A stretch of 64,000 bases of DNA from an uncultured Bacteroidales bacterium (GTDB lineage: Bacteria; Bacteroidota; Bacteroidia; Bacteroidales; GWA2-32-17): NCBI GenBank assembly GCA_937960415.1, contig CALGPK010000001.1:4952-68951 (forward strand), given 5' to 3'. Within the stretch, counting starts at the first letter, position 1, and the number at the start of each line of letters is the position of its first letter. Shown piece after piece: positions 36,094-45,509 of the stretch. The translations under genes were made by a program, and so were the position numbers. Under the pieces are notes generated by a model that had not been told where the DNA came from, ran no database searches, and was given only the letters and a program-made list of their open reading frames with translations.

Positions 36094-36786
36094 ATGCCAT
36101 CCAACGAAACTAAAACAAAATATTTAATAATCAGCACTTTACAAGAAAAAAATCTTGTAAAAAAAAATGTGCTTCAATCGTTAGAAATAGCGTTTGATAA
36201 TCTAAAAATTGCCATAAAAGAGCTTGTTGAAGAATTAAATTCAGAACTTAAAGAAAAAAGAGAAGGTTTTTTGCTGGAATATCAAATCGGAAATTTTTAT
36301 ACTGAACTTTTTTTTGGTAACGATGTTGTAGTATTCCATTTCCAAAACAACATTTACGAAATAGACAAAAGTCATTCTATATGGTCGCACTCCTACATTC
36401 AAGACAATCCTCTTAATGCTTTTGTTGGAATTATTCATGTGTACAATTTTCTAAAAAGCTCCTATAAGAACAACGAAAACGAAGATTTAGGATACCTGAT
36501 AGCACGTATTTTCATTAATCAGGAACAACATTATTTTGTTGAAGGCAAAAGACAATTAGGTTTCTTATACAACGATTTTTCTCAAAACCTAATTAGTAAA
36601 GACGACTTCAAAAAAATCATTCAATCGGTTATTTTATACTGTTTAGACTTTGAAATGCTTGTTCCACCTTACGAAGAGGTTAGCATTATTAGCCTCGAAC
36701 AACTCAAAACGATGATCAACAAATCTAAATCACAAAATGCTAAACGAATGGGATTTCAATTTTATAAAAATGATACAAGTGTATAA
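36094..36786 (+). CDS. Hypothetical cytoplasmic protein
   Basis: 230-aa ORF with no signal peptide and no recognised motif. Confidence 0.45.
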   Translation: MPSNETKTKYLIISTLQEKNLVKKNVLQSLEIAFDNLKIAIKELVEELNSELKEKREGFLLEYQIGNFYTELFFGNDVVVFHFQNNIYEIDKSHSIWSHSYIQDNPLNAFVGIIHVYNFLKSSYKNNENEDLGYLIARIFINQEQHYFVEGKRQLGFLYNDFSQNLISKDDFKKIIQSVILYCLDFEMLVPPYEEVSIISLEQLKTMINKSKSQNAKRMGFQFYKNDTSV

Positions 36787-36789
36787 ATT

Positions 36790-38466
36790 ATGATAAAGAA
36801 ATTAACTTTTGGTTTAATTGCAGCAAGCGTAATGTTCATCTCTTGCAATAATAACAAGGATGCAAAAATTCAAGTCGGACACGAAGACACTACCAAACCA
36901 GTTAAATTAAGTATATCGGAAAGGCTTAAACAATACGCAGAATTTACACTTACCAGCGATTTAAGCAGTTTAAGTAGTAAAGATAAAGAGGTTATTAGCC
37001 TTTTGATTGATGCTTGCAAAGAAATAGATGAAATATTTTGGATTCAATCGACTGGTAAAATTAAAGACAGCACCCTGACACTAGCCAAAACACCCGAAGA
37101 AAAAGAATATTGTTATATTAACTACGGTCCGTGGGATAGAATTCTTGATAATGAACCATTTATAGAGGGAGTTGGTAAAAAACCTATTGGAGCCGGTTTT
37201 TATCCACACGATATTAAATACTTTCCTTTTATAGACATGAAATTTGAAGACAAACTGAGCATGTACACCGTTATTAAACGTGCCGAAGACGGTAGTCTTT
37301 ACACTGAACCTTATCATAAAGCTTATGAAAGCTATCTAAAAAAAGCTGCACAAAAACTCGAAAAAGCTGCTTTGCTTACAACAGATAAAAATTTTTCTAA
37401 ATTTTTAAAACTGCGTGCTCAAAGCTTTTTAAACGATAATTATTACAATTCTGACGTTTATTGGGTTGATAATGTTAATTCTAAAATAGATATTGTTATT
37501 GGTCCTTCCGACTTTGAAGAAGATAGGTTTATTAATACCAAAGCTGCTTTTTCGTCGTATCTTTTAATAAAAGATGAAGAATGGAGCAAAAAATTTGAGT
37601 CGCTAACTTACCATTTATCCAGTATTAAAGAAAGTTTACCTTTTTCAGACGAACACAAAAAGCAAATAGTTATTTCTGCTCCTAAAATAGGCGTTTACGA
37701 TGCTATTTACTATGCAGGTTGGGGTAATGCCGGACCTAAACAAATTTCTATCAATTACCCCAAAGACGGACGCATCATTATGGAAAAAGGCAGCCGTAAA
37801 CTTCAATTCAAAAACACCCAAAAAGCCAAATTTGATTTAATTCTTAAACCTATAGCAGATTTACTTATCGACTCCAGCGAACGTAAAAATGTACGCTACG
37901 AAGGATTTTTCATAAACAACGTCTCGTACGAAATTGCCGATGCTATTGTTGTAAAAACTACCATAAATGGCAAAGGACCTGTTAAAGATGCACTCAAGGA
38001 TTATTTTCCTACTATAAATTCGTTAAAAGCAGATATCTTAAACATGTACATACTAACCAAACTACAGGAGAAGAACCTTATTGCTGATGTAACTCTCATA
38101 GATAATTACGTGATTTTTGTAACCAATGTACTTCGTTCAGTTCGTTTTGGAGCAGCATTCGCTCAAGGCTCATCAAATCTTATCGCTTTCAACATGTTGC
38201 AAAAGATGAAAGCCTTTGAACGCAATCCCCAAACTGGTACTTACAAGGTAAACTTTGAAAAAATGAAAGACGTCATTCATAAACTAGCAAAAGATATTTT
38301 AACGGTACTTCTTGAGGGAGATTATGCCACTGCTAAATCGTGGATAGATATTTACGGCAACATGTCAGAAGAACTTCAAAAAGATATTCAAAAAATCAGT
38401 AATGCAGGAATACCAACAGATATTAAGTTTATTCAAGGCAAAGAAGTATTAGGTCTTAACCAATAA
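36790..38466 (+). CDS. DPP-III/M49-like lipoprotein paralog lacking the zinc-binding motifs (probable pseudo-peptidase)
   Basis: Lipobox MFISCNN. Collinear with the downstream paralog, but HEVAH is replaced by YEIAD (37927-37941) and EE(AKAD) by NS(LKAD) (38017-38022). Confidence 0.7.
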   Translation: MIKKLTFGLIAASVMFISCNNNKDAKIQVGHEDTTKPVKLSISERLKQYAEFTLTSDLSSLSSKDKEVISLLIDACKEIDEIFWIQSTGKIKDSTLTLAKTPEEKEYCYINYGPWDRILDNEPFIEGVGKKPIGAGFYPHDIKYFPFIDMKFEDKLSMYTVIKRAEDGSLYTEPYHKAYESYLKKAAQKLEKAALLTTDKNFSKFLKLRAQSFLNDNYYNSDVYWVDNVNSKIDIVIGPSDFEEDRFINTKAAFSSYLLIKDEEWSKKFESLTYHLSSIKESLPFSDEHKKQIVISAPKIGVYDAIYYAGWGNAGPKQISINYPKDGRIIMEKGSRKLQFKNTQKAKFDLILKPIADLLIDSSERKNVRYEGFFINNVSYEIADAIVVKTTINGKGPVKDALKDYFPTINSLKADILNMYILTKLQEKNLIADVTLIDNYVIFVTNVLRSVRFGAAFAQGSSNLIAFNMLQKMKAFERNPQTGTYKVNFEKMKDVIHKLAKDILTVLLEGDYATAKSWIDIYGNMSEELQKDIQKISNAGIPTDIKFIQGKEVLGLNQ

Positions 38467-38479
38467 ATTACATACACTT

Positions 38480-40369
38480 ATGAGAATCTTAGGTTTGTTT
38501 ATGATTGCTGTATTTGTTTCTTGCAGCAATAAAGAAATTTTAAACGACAATATGTTCGACATTTACTACGGTAGTTATTATTTGCTTACCAGCGAAAATA
38601 AAATGAAAGAATTCGATATTACCATCGAATTAAAGAAAGATAGTATCCGCATTTTACAATTCGATTCTACCATTTACTATGGAACCTACACTGTTAAAAA
38701 CAATGAAATTCGCATGGCAGGTGTCAATTATTGGATTCAAATAGATGCAACCAAAAAAAATCTTACATTACATCAATGGGCAGAAGAACCAGTGCTATGT
38801 TTAAATTATGCTGAACTAATGAAACAAAAAGTTGCCGAATACGCAGTTGTTACATTATCGGCCGACTTAAGTCAATTCAGCGAAAAAGAAAAAAAACTGA
38901 TCGATAAATTGTTTGATGTTGCACAACTAATGGATGAATTATTTTGGGAACAAGTATGCCCCAACAAAGAAGAACTTTTAAAAAATATTACCGACGAAAA
39001 TGCTCGCAAATTTTTCTTAATCAACTACGGTCCTTATGAGCAATTGCGAAACAACAAGCCATTTATATCTAATATACCACCCCATAATCCTAAAGCCACA
39101 TTTTATCCGGAAGACATGAGCAAAGAAGAATTTGAACAATGGAACGAACCTGGCAAAACCAGTTGGTATACTATCATCAGAAGAGACAATAACGGCAAAC
39201 TTATTTCTATTCCTTACAGCGAATTTTATAAAGAAAAACTATCAAAAGCAGCTAAGCTATTAGAAGAAGCCTGTTCGTTAGCCGAAAACCCCACATTAAA
39301 AAAATATTTGCAAGAGCGAGCTAAATCGTTCTTATCCAACGATTATTTTCCTAGCGATATGGCCTGGATGGACTTAAAAAACAATAACATCGATTTTATA
39401 GCCGGACCTATTGAAAATTATACCGATGAATTTCTCGGATACAAAACAGCATTTGAATCATTTATATTGCTAAAAGACCACAACTGGAGCAAAAAACTTG
39501 CCCGATTTGCCGAATTGCTGTATCAAATACAACAAAACCTACCAGTCCCCATCGAATATAAAAAAGAAAAACCAGCTAAGGGCAATGAACTTGGGGTTTA
39601 CGAAGCCATATACTATGCCGGCGATTGCAATGCTGGTAGTAAAACCATTGCCATCAACCTGCCTAACGATAAAAAAGTAAATGAATTGAAAGGAAGCAGA
39701 AAACTACAGCTCAAAAACATAATGAAAGCCAAATTTGACAACATACTTGTACCCATTGCACAACAAGTTATTGACGAGTCGCAAATAAAAAACATTAATT
39801 TTGACGCATTTTTTGAAAACGTTATGTTTCACGAAGTGGCTCATGGCTTAGGTATCAGCAAAACCATAAAAGATCAGAAACTCGTAACCGACGTACTTAA
39901 AGAAACCCATACAACTATTGAAGAAGCAAAAGCAGATATTCTTGGATTATATATTGTAACATGGCTTTACGAAAACAATCACCTGAAAGAACACGAACTA
40001 TTAGATAATTATGTAACATTTTTAGCAGGTATTTTCCGTTCTGTACGCTTTGGTGCATCGAGCTCGCATGGCAAAGCAAACATGATAGAGTTTAATTATT
40101 TAAGAAATAAAGGAGCTTTTACCTACAACGAACAAACCGGAAAATTTAAGGTCGATTTTGACAAAATGAAGATTGCCATTTCTGAACTTAGTAAGGATAT
40201 TTTAATCATCCAAGGCGACGGTAATTACGAAAAAGCTAAAGAGATGATACAAAATCTTGCTGCAATAAATCACCAACTACAGAAAGGACTCAACAAAATT
40301 GCTCATGCAGGCATCCCACGAGACATCATTTTTGAACAAGGCAAACATTTGATAAACGGATTACAATAA
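38480..40369 (+). CDS. DPP-III/M49-like zinc metallopeptidase-family lipoprotein
   Basis: Lipobox VFVSCSN. HEVAH at 39830-39844 and the downstream IEEAKADIL (EE at 39920-39925), analogous to the M49 HExxGH...EExxAE pair. It has an extra N-terminal domain of about 100 aa. Confidence 0.75.
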   Translation: MRILGLFMIAVFVSCSNKEILNDNMFDIYYGSYYLLTSENKMKEFDITIELKKDSIRILQFDSTIYYGTYTVKNNEIRMAGVNYWIQIDATKKNLTLHQWAEEPVLCLNYAELMKQKVAEYAVVTLSADLSQFSEKEKKLIDKLFDVAQLMDELFWEQVCPNKEELLKNITDENARKFFLINYGPYEQLRNNKPFISNIPPHNPKATFYPEDMSKEEFEQWNEPGKTSWYTIIRRDNNGKLISIPYSEFYKEKLSKAAKLLEEACSLAENPTLKKYLQERAKSFLSNDYFPSDMAWMDLKNNNIDFIAGPIENYTDEFLGYKTAFESFILLKDHNWSKKLARFAELLYQIQQNLPVPIEYKKEKPAKGNELGVYEAIYYAGDCNAGSKTIAINLPNDKKVNELKGSRKLQLKNIMKAKFDNILVPIAQQVIDESQIKNINFDAFFENVMFHEVAHGLGISKTIKDQKLVTDVLKETHTTIEEAKADILGLYIVTWLYENNHLKEHELLDNYVTFLAGIFRSVRFGASSSHGKANMIEFNYLRNKGAFTYNEQTGKFKVDFDKMKIAISELSKDILIIQGDGNYEKAKEMIQNLAAINHQLQKGLNKIAHAGIPRDIIFEQGKHLINGLQ

Positions 40370-40410
40370 AACCTTTTCATCGTCGTTTTGGTGAAGGAAA
40401 CATCCCAACC

Positions 40411-42846
40411 ATGAAATTTCTTTTAGCTATTATCTTAGTTTACATTGGTGAATACACATTTACACAAAATTATGTACTAAAAGGATTGGTATTAAACAAA
40501 AACGCAGAACCCGTTGATAACGCTAATGTTACGATAAAAGAATTGGAAAATTTGGGGACATCTACCGATTCTAAAGGACAATTTGAACTTAAAATAAAAG
40601 ACAAAAACCAAATAACCCTTTTTATTTCTCACATTGAATACAACGACACCTTGATAAAGGTAAACCTAAAAAACACGAACAACATTCACATCCAGCTTTC
40701 GAAAAAAATTCAGGAATTACCGGAAATTTCTATAACACAAAAAGCAGAAAGACGCGAAAACATAGAAAAGCTCAATCCGAAAATTGTAAACATTATTCCC
40801 GACGCATTTGGTGGAATTGAAGCCACTTTAAAATCGATGCCGGGTGTTTCTAAATCTAATGAACTAAGCTCACAGTACTCAGTGCGGGGTGGTAATTACG
40901 ACGAAAATCTTGTATATGTAAACAACATTGAAATTTACCGCCCCACCCTTATCCGTAGTGGACAACAAGAAGGATTGAGCTTTGTAAATACCGATATGGT
41001 AGCCAATATTTACTTTTCGGCAGGCGGATTTGGTGCAAACTATGGCGATAAAATGGCATCGGTACTCGATGTTGAATATAAAAAACCAGCCCGACAAGCG
41101 ATTCACTTTATGGGTAGCCTCTTAGGAACACAACTTACATTCGAAAATTGTTCAAACGATTACCGTTTAACTCATATCAGCGGTTTCCGTTACAAAACTT
41201 CTCAATACCTGCTCAATTCGCTCGACACAAAAGGCGATTACAAACCTCGTTTTTTCGATTATCAAACCTATATTACATACGATATCAACGAAAAAACAGA
41301 AATCAGTTTTTTAGGAAATATTGCTCAAAATCATTATCGATTTATCCCTGAAACTCGCGAAACATCATTTGGCACAGTAGATGAAGCTCTAAAACTCAAA
41401 ATTTATTTCGATGGTAACGAAAACGACATTTACACTTCTACCATGGGGGCTTTTTTGCTTAAACAAAAGTTAAATCAATCGCTACAACTTACACATACCA
41501 TATCGGCATATTATATCGACGAAAAAGAACGCTTTGATATTCTGGGACAATACTTTTTAAACGAACTCGACAAGCAACTTGGTTCCAACACATTTGGCGA
41601 TAGCTTAATGAATATTGGTATTGGTACTTTTTTAAACCATGCTCGCAACAAACTCCAAACTCGTATTATTTCGGCACAACATCAGGGCAAAAAACAATTT
41701 AACAACAATGCAGAATTGAATTGGGGGACAATACTTGTTAGCGAGCTCACCACCGACCAACTTCACGAATGGGTAATGCTCGACTCGGCAGGGTATTCGC
41801 TTCCATACAACGATTCGGCTGTAGGTATTTATTCGTTGATTTATGGAAAAAACCGTTTCGAACAAGAACGTTTTAGTGTCTTTGTTCAATACTCCAATTC
41901 GTTTTATTTCGATAATCGAAAATTAATATATCTGATTGGGCTACGAAATACCTATCTTACATACAACAATCAGATGCTCATCAGTCCACGAATATCACTA
42001 CTCTACAAACCAGATAAAAACATAAACACCATTTACAAGTTCGCTACCGGTTATTATTATCAACCCCCATCGTACAAAGAAATACGCAAACCCGACGGAA
42101 GCATTGCCCATCGAATGCTTGCACAAGAATCGACACACTGGGTTGTTGGTAGCGACCTTACACTGACGCTGTGGAACAGACCTTTTAGATATATTACCGA
42201 ACTGTATTACAAAAAATATAAAAATCTTATCCCTTATCAAATCGACAATGTACGCATACAATATTTAGGCAAAAATAATAGTAAAGGCTATGCTGTTGGA
42301 CTCGACATGAAAATTCACGGTGAATTTGTGCCCGGTGTAGAATCGTGGACTAGCCTTTCGATCTTACGAACACGCGAAGATATTCTCGACGACTTTTATT
42401 ATCGCAACGAAAACGGACAATTAGTACGTATTGAACCTGGTTATATTCCGCGTCCAACCGATCAATTGATAAATGTAGGATTATTCTTTCAGGATTATTT
42501 ACCTTTAGATCCTACCTACACCATGCAATTGAGTTTACTATTTGGTAGCGGACTTCCTTTTGGACCGCCAAAATCGGAACGGTATCAAGCAGTTTTTCGC
42601 ATGCCACCATACCGGCGAGTTGATATTGGCTTTGCTAAAATCATCAAATCGACTGATAAACAAAAAGAAATAGGTATTTTGAAACACGTTGACAAACTAT
42701 GGATTGGGCTCGAAGTGTTTAACTTATTAGATATTAACAACACGGTTTCTTATCAGTGGGTTAGCGACATTCGTGGACACGAATATGCTGTGCCAAACTA
42801 CTTATCATCAAGGCGATTAAATATTAAAATTATAGCTTCATTTTAA
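40411..42846 (+). CDS. TonB-dependent receptor with an N-terminal carboxypeptidase-regulatory-like domain
   Basis: The N-terminus (YVLKGLVLNKNAEPVDNANVTIKELENLGTSTDSKGQFEL), the plug (LKSMPGV...VRGG...NLVYVNNIEIY) and a long barrel ending IIASF all fit. Confidence 0.8.
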   Translation: MKFLLAIILVYIGEYTFTQNYVLKGLVLNKNAEPVDNANVTIKELENLGTSTDSKGQFELKIKDKNQITLFISHIEYNDTLIKVNLKNTNNIHIQLSKKIQELPEISITQKAERRENIEKLNPKIVNIIPDAFGGIEATLKSMPGVSKSNELSSQYSVRGGNYDENLVYVNNIEIYRPTLIRSGQQEGLSFVNTDMVANIYFSAGGFGANYGDKMASVLDVEYKKPARQAIHFMGSLLGTQLTFENCSNDYRLTHISGFRYKTSQYLLNSLDTKGDYKPRFFDYQTYITYDINEKTEISFLGNIAQNHYRFIPETRETSFGTVDEALKLKIYFDGNENDIYTSTMGAFLLKQKLNQSLQLTHTISAYYIDEKERFDILGQYFLNELDKQLGSNTFGDSLMNIGIGTFLNHARNKLQTRIISAQHQGKKQFNNNAELNWGTILVSELTTDQLHEWVMLDSAGYSLPYNDSAVGIYSLIYGKNRFEQERFSVFVQYSNSFYFDNRKLIYLIGLRNTYLTYNNQMLISPRISLLYKPDKNINTIYKFATGYYYQPPSYKEIRKPDGSIAHRMLAQESTHWVVGSDLTLTLWNRPFRYITELYYKKYKNLIPYQIDNVRIQYLGKNNSKGYAVGLDMKIHGEFVPGVESWTSLSILRTREDILDDFYYRNENGQLVRIEPGYIPRPTDQLINVGLFFQDYLPLDPTYTMQLSLLFGSGLPFGPPKSERYQAVFRMPPYRRVDIGFAKIIKSTDKQKEIGILKHVDKLWIGLEVFNLLDINNTVSYQWVSDIRGHEYAVPNYLSSRRLNIKIIASF

Positions 42847-42856
42847 CAAAGATAAT

Positions 42857-43891
42857 ATGGGAACACCTATATCCGAATTAGGCGAATTTAAACTAATTGA
42901 TAGGCTTACATCGTCGTTTCCAAAATACCATGCCGAAACTATCGTAGGAATTGGCGATGATGCTGCGGTGCTAAAAATAAACCCAACAGAATACACGCTT
43001 GTTACTACCGATATACTAGTAGAAGGAATTCATTTCAACCTGGTATATACTCCTTTGAAACACCTGGGGTATAAAGCAGTAGCCGTTAACTTGTCCGACA
43101 TTGCAGCCATGAACGGTACCCCGAAATATATTACCGTATCTATTGCCATATCTGCAAAGTTTTCGGTAGAAGCAATGGATCAACTTTACAGCGGCATTTT
43201 AGCTGCATGCAAAAAATACGAAGTAGAACTCATTGGCGGCGACACATCGAGCAGCATGACCGGTTTGATGATATCTATTACAGCCATCGGCAAAGCATTG
43301 CCCGAAGATATTGCTTATCGAAGCAGTGCAAGAGTAAACGATTTAATATGTGTATCGGGCAATTTGGGAGCATCGTATTTGGGCTTACAACTGCTCGAAC
43401 GCGAATATCGCCTTTTTAAAAATGAACCAGATATTCAACCCGACTTTAGTACCAAAGAATATTTGCTCGAACGACAATTAAAGCCAGAACCTCGCTTTGA
43501 TGTTTTAAAAGAACTAAGAAAAGCCGGAATAAAACTGCATGCTATGATTGATATTTCGGACGGGTTAAGTTCGGAAATTAACCATATATGCCAAAAATCG
43601 AACGTAGGAGCAAAAATTTATGCCCACAAAATACCTATCGATGCTACTACAGCCATTACCGCCGAAGAATTTAACATGCCCCCCGAAACAGCAGCTCTGC
43701 ATGGAGGCGAAGACTATGAATTGCTGTTTACTACCTCTACCGAACATTTGAACAAACTGCTGGCTATCCCTTCTATTAGCATCATTGGACGTATTACTGA
43801 AGCTAGCGAAGGGGTAAAACTAGTATTGCAAGGGGGGAACGAAATAGATCTAAGCAACAAAGGGTGGGATGCATTTCTGCAAAAGAGCTAA
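42857..43891 (+). CDS. thiL: Thiamine-monophosphate kinase
   Basis: IGDDAAVL, LVTTDILVEGIHF, NLSDIAAMNG, GGDTSSS and DISDGL motifs. Confidence 0.9.
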   Translation: MGTPISELGEFKLIDRLTSSFPKYHAETIVGIGDDAAVLKINPTEYTLVTTDILVEGIHFNLVYTPLKHLGYKAVAVNLSDIAAMNGTPKYITVSIAISAKFSVEAMDQLYSGILAACKKYEVELIGGDTSSSMTGLMISITAIGKALPEDIAYRSSARVNDLICVSGNLGASYLGLQLLEREYRLFKNEPDIQPDFSTKEYLLERQLKPEPRFDVLKELRKAGIKLHAMIDISDGLSSEINHICQKSNVGAKIYAHKIPIDATTAITAEEFNMPPETAALHGGEDYELLFTTSTEHLNKLLAIPSISIIGRITEASEGVKLVLQGGNEIDLSNKGWDAFLQKS

Positions 43892-44051
43892 ATGTTATTT
43901 AATATTATTTACTATAAATTTCTATTGCATAAACTCAAATGATTCATCTCCGCCCTTCTTGGATAAAACGAATCAATGGACTTCTTAATAGCATTGCGTA
44001 GAAATTTCTAATGCAATGATTGAGATAAAAGAGAATCATTTACTTCGAACT

Positions 44052-45509
44052 TTATTTGCCCAAATCTTTAAAATTGCGAATACTAATCAAGTCATTTATT
44101 CCAGCCATACTGTCCTTTAAAAGTTTGGTGTTTAAGCCCATTTCGTAACGAAAAATGTAGCGAAATGTATTTACCGAAGAAATATGTTTATATAAACTAT
44201 CTGGCTTCGACACATGAAAAGCATTTAAAATATGCGTACGGCAATACTTTATCACTTCCTGGCTGTAATTACTAAAAAAAGGTCCATGATCGGATTGAAT
44301 AATAATAATAGGTTGTGTAAAAGCGTTTTTATATACTTCCTTTATAGCACGAATAATATTCATTATTTCAAGCCCAATAAAGGTTAGCTGTTCTATATAA
44401 GCATCTTTTGGATCCCATGTTTTATCCGAGAAACTATTAACCGGCGATAGCTCACCATTTCGGTTGAAAACATAGGGCGGATGTGGACAAACAATATGAG
44501 CAAAAACAAACTTTGGACTATTGCTCCGAAAATCGAAATTACGAATATAATCGAATTGTTGTTTTATACGCAAGTAAGGAATTATCCCAATCAAATCATC
44601 GAGCCTAAAAATAGTACTTTTTAAAATTGCACGCTCGTAATCGTTTATTATTTCATTATTCAGATCAACATCAACGCATATAAAATATCGACTAACGGCA
44701 TAACCGGAATTAATATTATATATGTTATACCCTAATGACTTAAACACTCGAAAAACCAAGTTGTCCGATAAAGAAATTGATTGGGAATGATCGAGGTAAT
44801 TCATGTTTAACGTAGCTGTAAGCGAACTATATGTAAAATAATAATTTGCAAAAGAACTATCTGCTATATAAAATCCATTGGCTTGCAAAAAGTTATAAAA
44901 TGTATCGAAGCGGGCTTTGTAAAATTCTTCGATGGTACGTCGATTGGCAAAACCATCCAGTATAAAGTAATACACATCGGGTTTGTTAACAGAGGTTTGT
45001 ATTACAGGCGTATCGTCGCATGTGTAAGTCAATTTCCGACGTTCTTTTAAATTTGTATTGACAAGTATAAATATCAGGTTAGCAACAATAAGCATGGGCA
45101 ATAAGATATTTAACCATCGCGTAAGGTTAAAAAAATAATACTTCGAATAACGGATAAAAAGAAATGCCACAATGAATAACACGAAAAAAAAGAAAATCAA
45201 ATATCGATGAATATTCGAAAATGGCCAATATCCTTGATAATACAATATCTCAAGATAATCGTAGATAAACCCATAATTGGCCATAAAAAACAACACAAAA
45301 CTTGTCCATAAGCCCGCCTTAATAATATTTCTGCAAAACAAAAAATAAGCAACGAATAAAAATAAAGAGCTAAACACCAAAGAAACCAACAAGGGTCTAA
45401 TAATCATTCCTATCGAGAGCAGATGTGCATTTTTTGCATAAAGAAAGATTGCAAGATACGGCAATATTAAAAAACTGTGAAAGGGAAATTTTTCGAACAA
45501 CTTTTTCAT
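44052..45509 (-). CDS. Polytopic membrane protein with a C-terminal alkaline-phosphatase-superfamily (sulfatase/NPP/LtaS-EptA-like) domain
   Basis: About five N-terminal TM helices. Then DVYYFILDGFANRRT (metal-site Asp, NPP-like xLDGFR), CPHPPY and IIIIQSDHGP. Confidence 0.7.
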   Translation of the reverse strand: MKKLFEKFPFHSFLILPYLAIFLYAKNAHLLSIGMIIRPLLVSLVFSSLFLFVAYFLFCRNIIKAGLWTSFVLFFMANYGFIYDYLEILYYQGYWPFSNIHRYLIFFFFVLFIVAFLFIRYSKYYFFNLTRWLNILLPMLIVANLIFILVNTNLKERRKLTYTCDDTPVIQTSVNKPDVYYFILDGFANRRTIEEFYKARFDTFYNFLQANGFYIADSSFANYYFTYSSLTATLNMNYLDHSQSISLSDNLVFRVFKSLGYNIYNINSGYAVSRYFICVDVDLNNEIINDYERAILKSTIFRLDDLIGIIPYLRIKQQFDYIRNFDFRSNSPKFVFAHIVCPHPPYVFNRNGELSPVNSFSDKTWDPKDAYIEQLTFIGLEIMNIIRAIKEVYKNAFTQPIIIIQSDHGPFFSNYSQEVIKYCRTHILNAFHVSKPDSLYKHISSVNTFRYIFRYEMGLNTKLLKDSMAGINDLISIRNFKDLGK

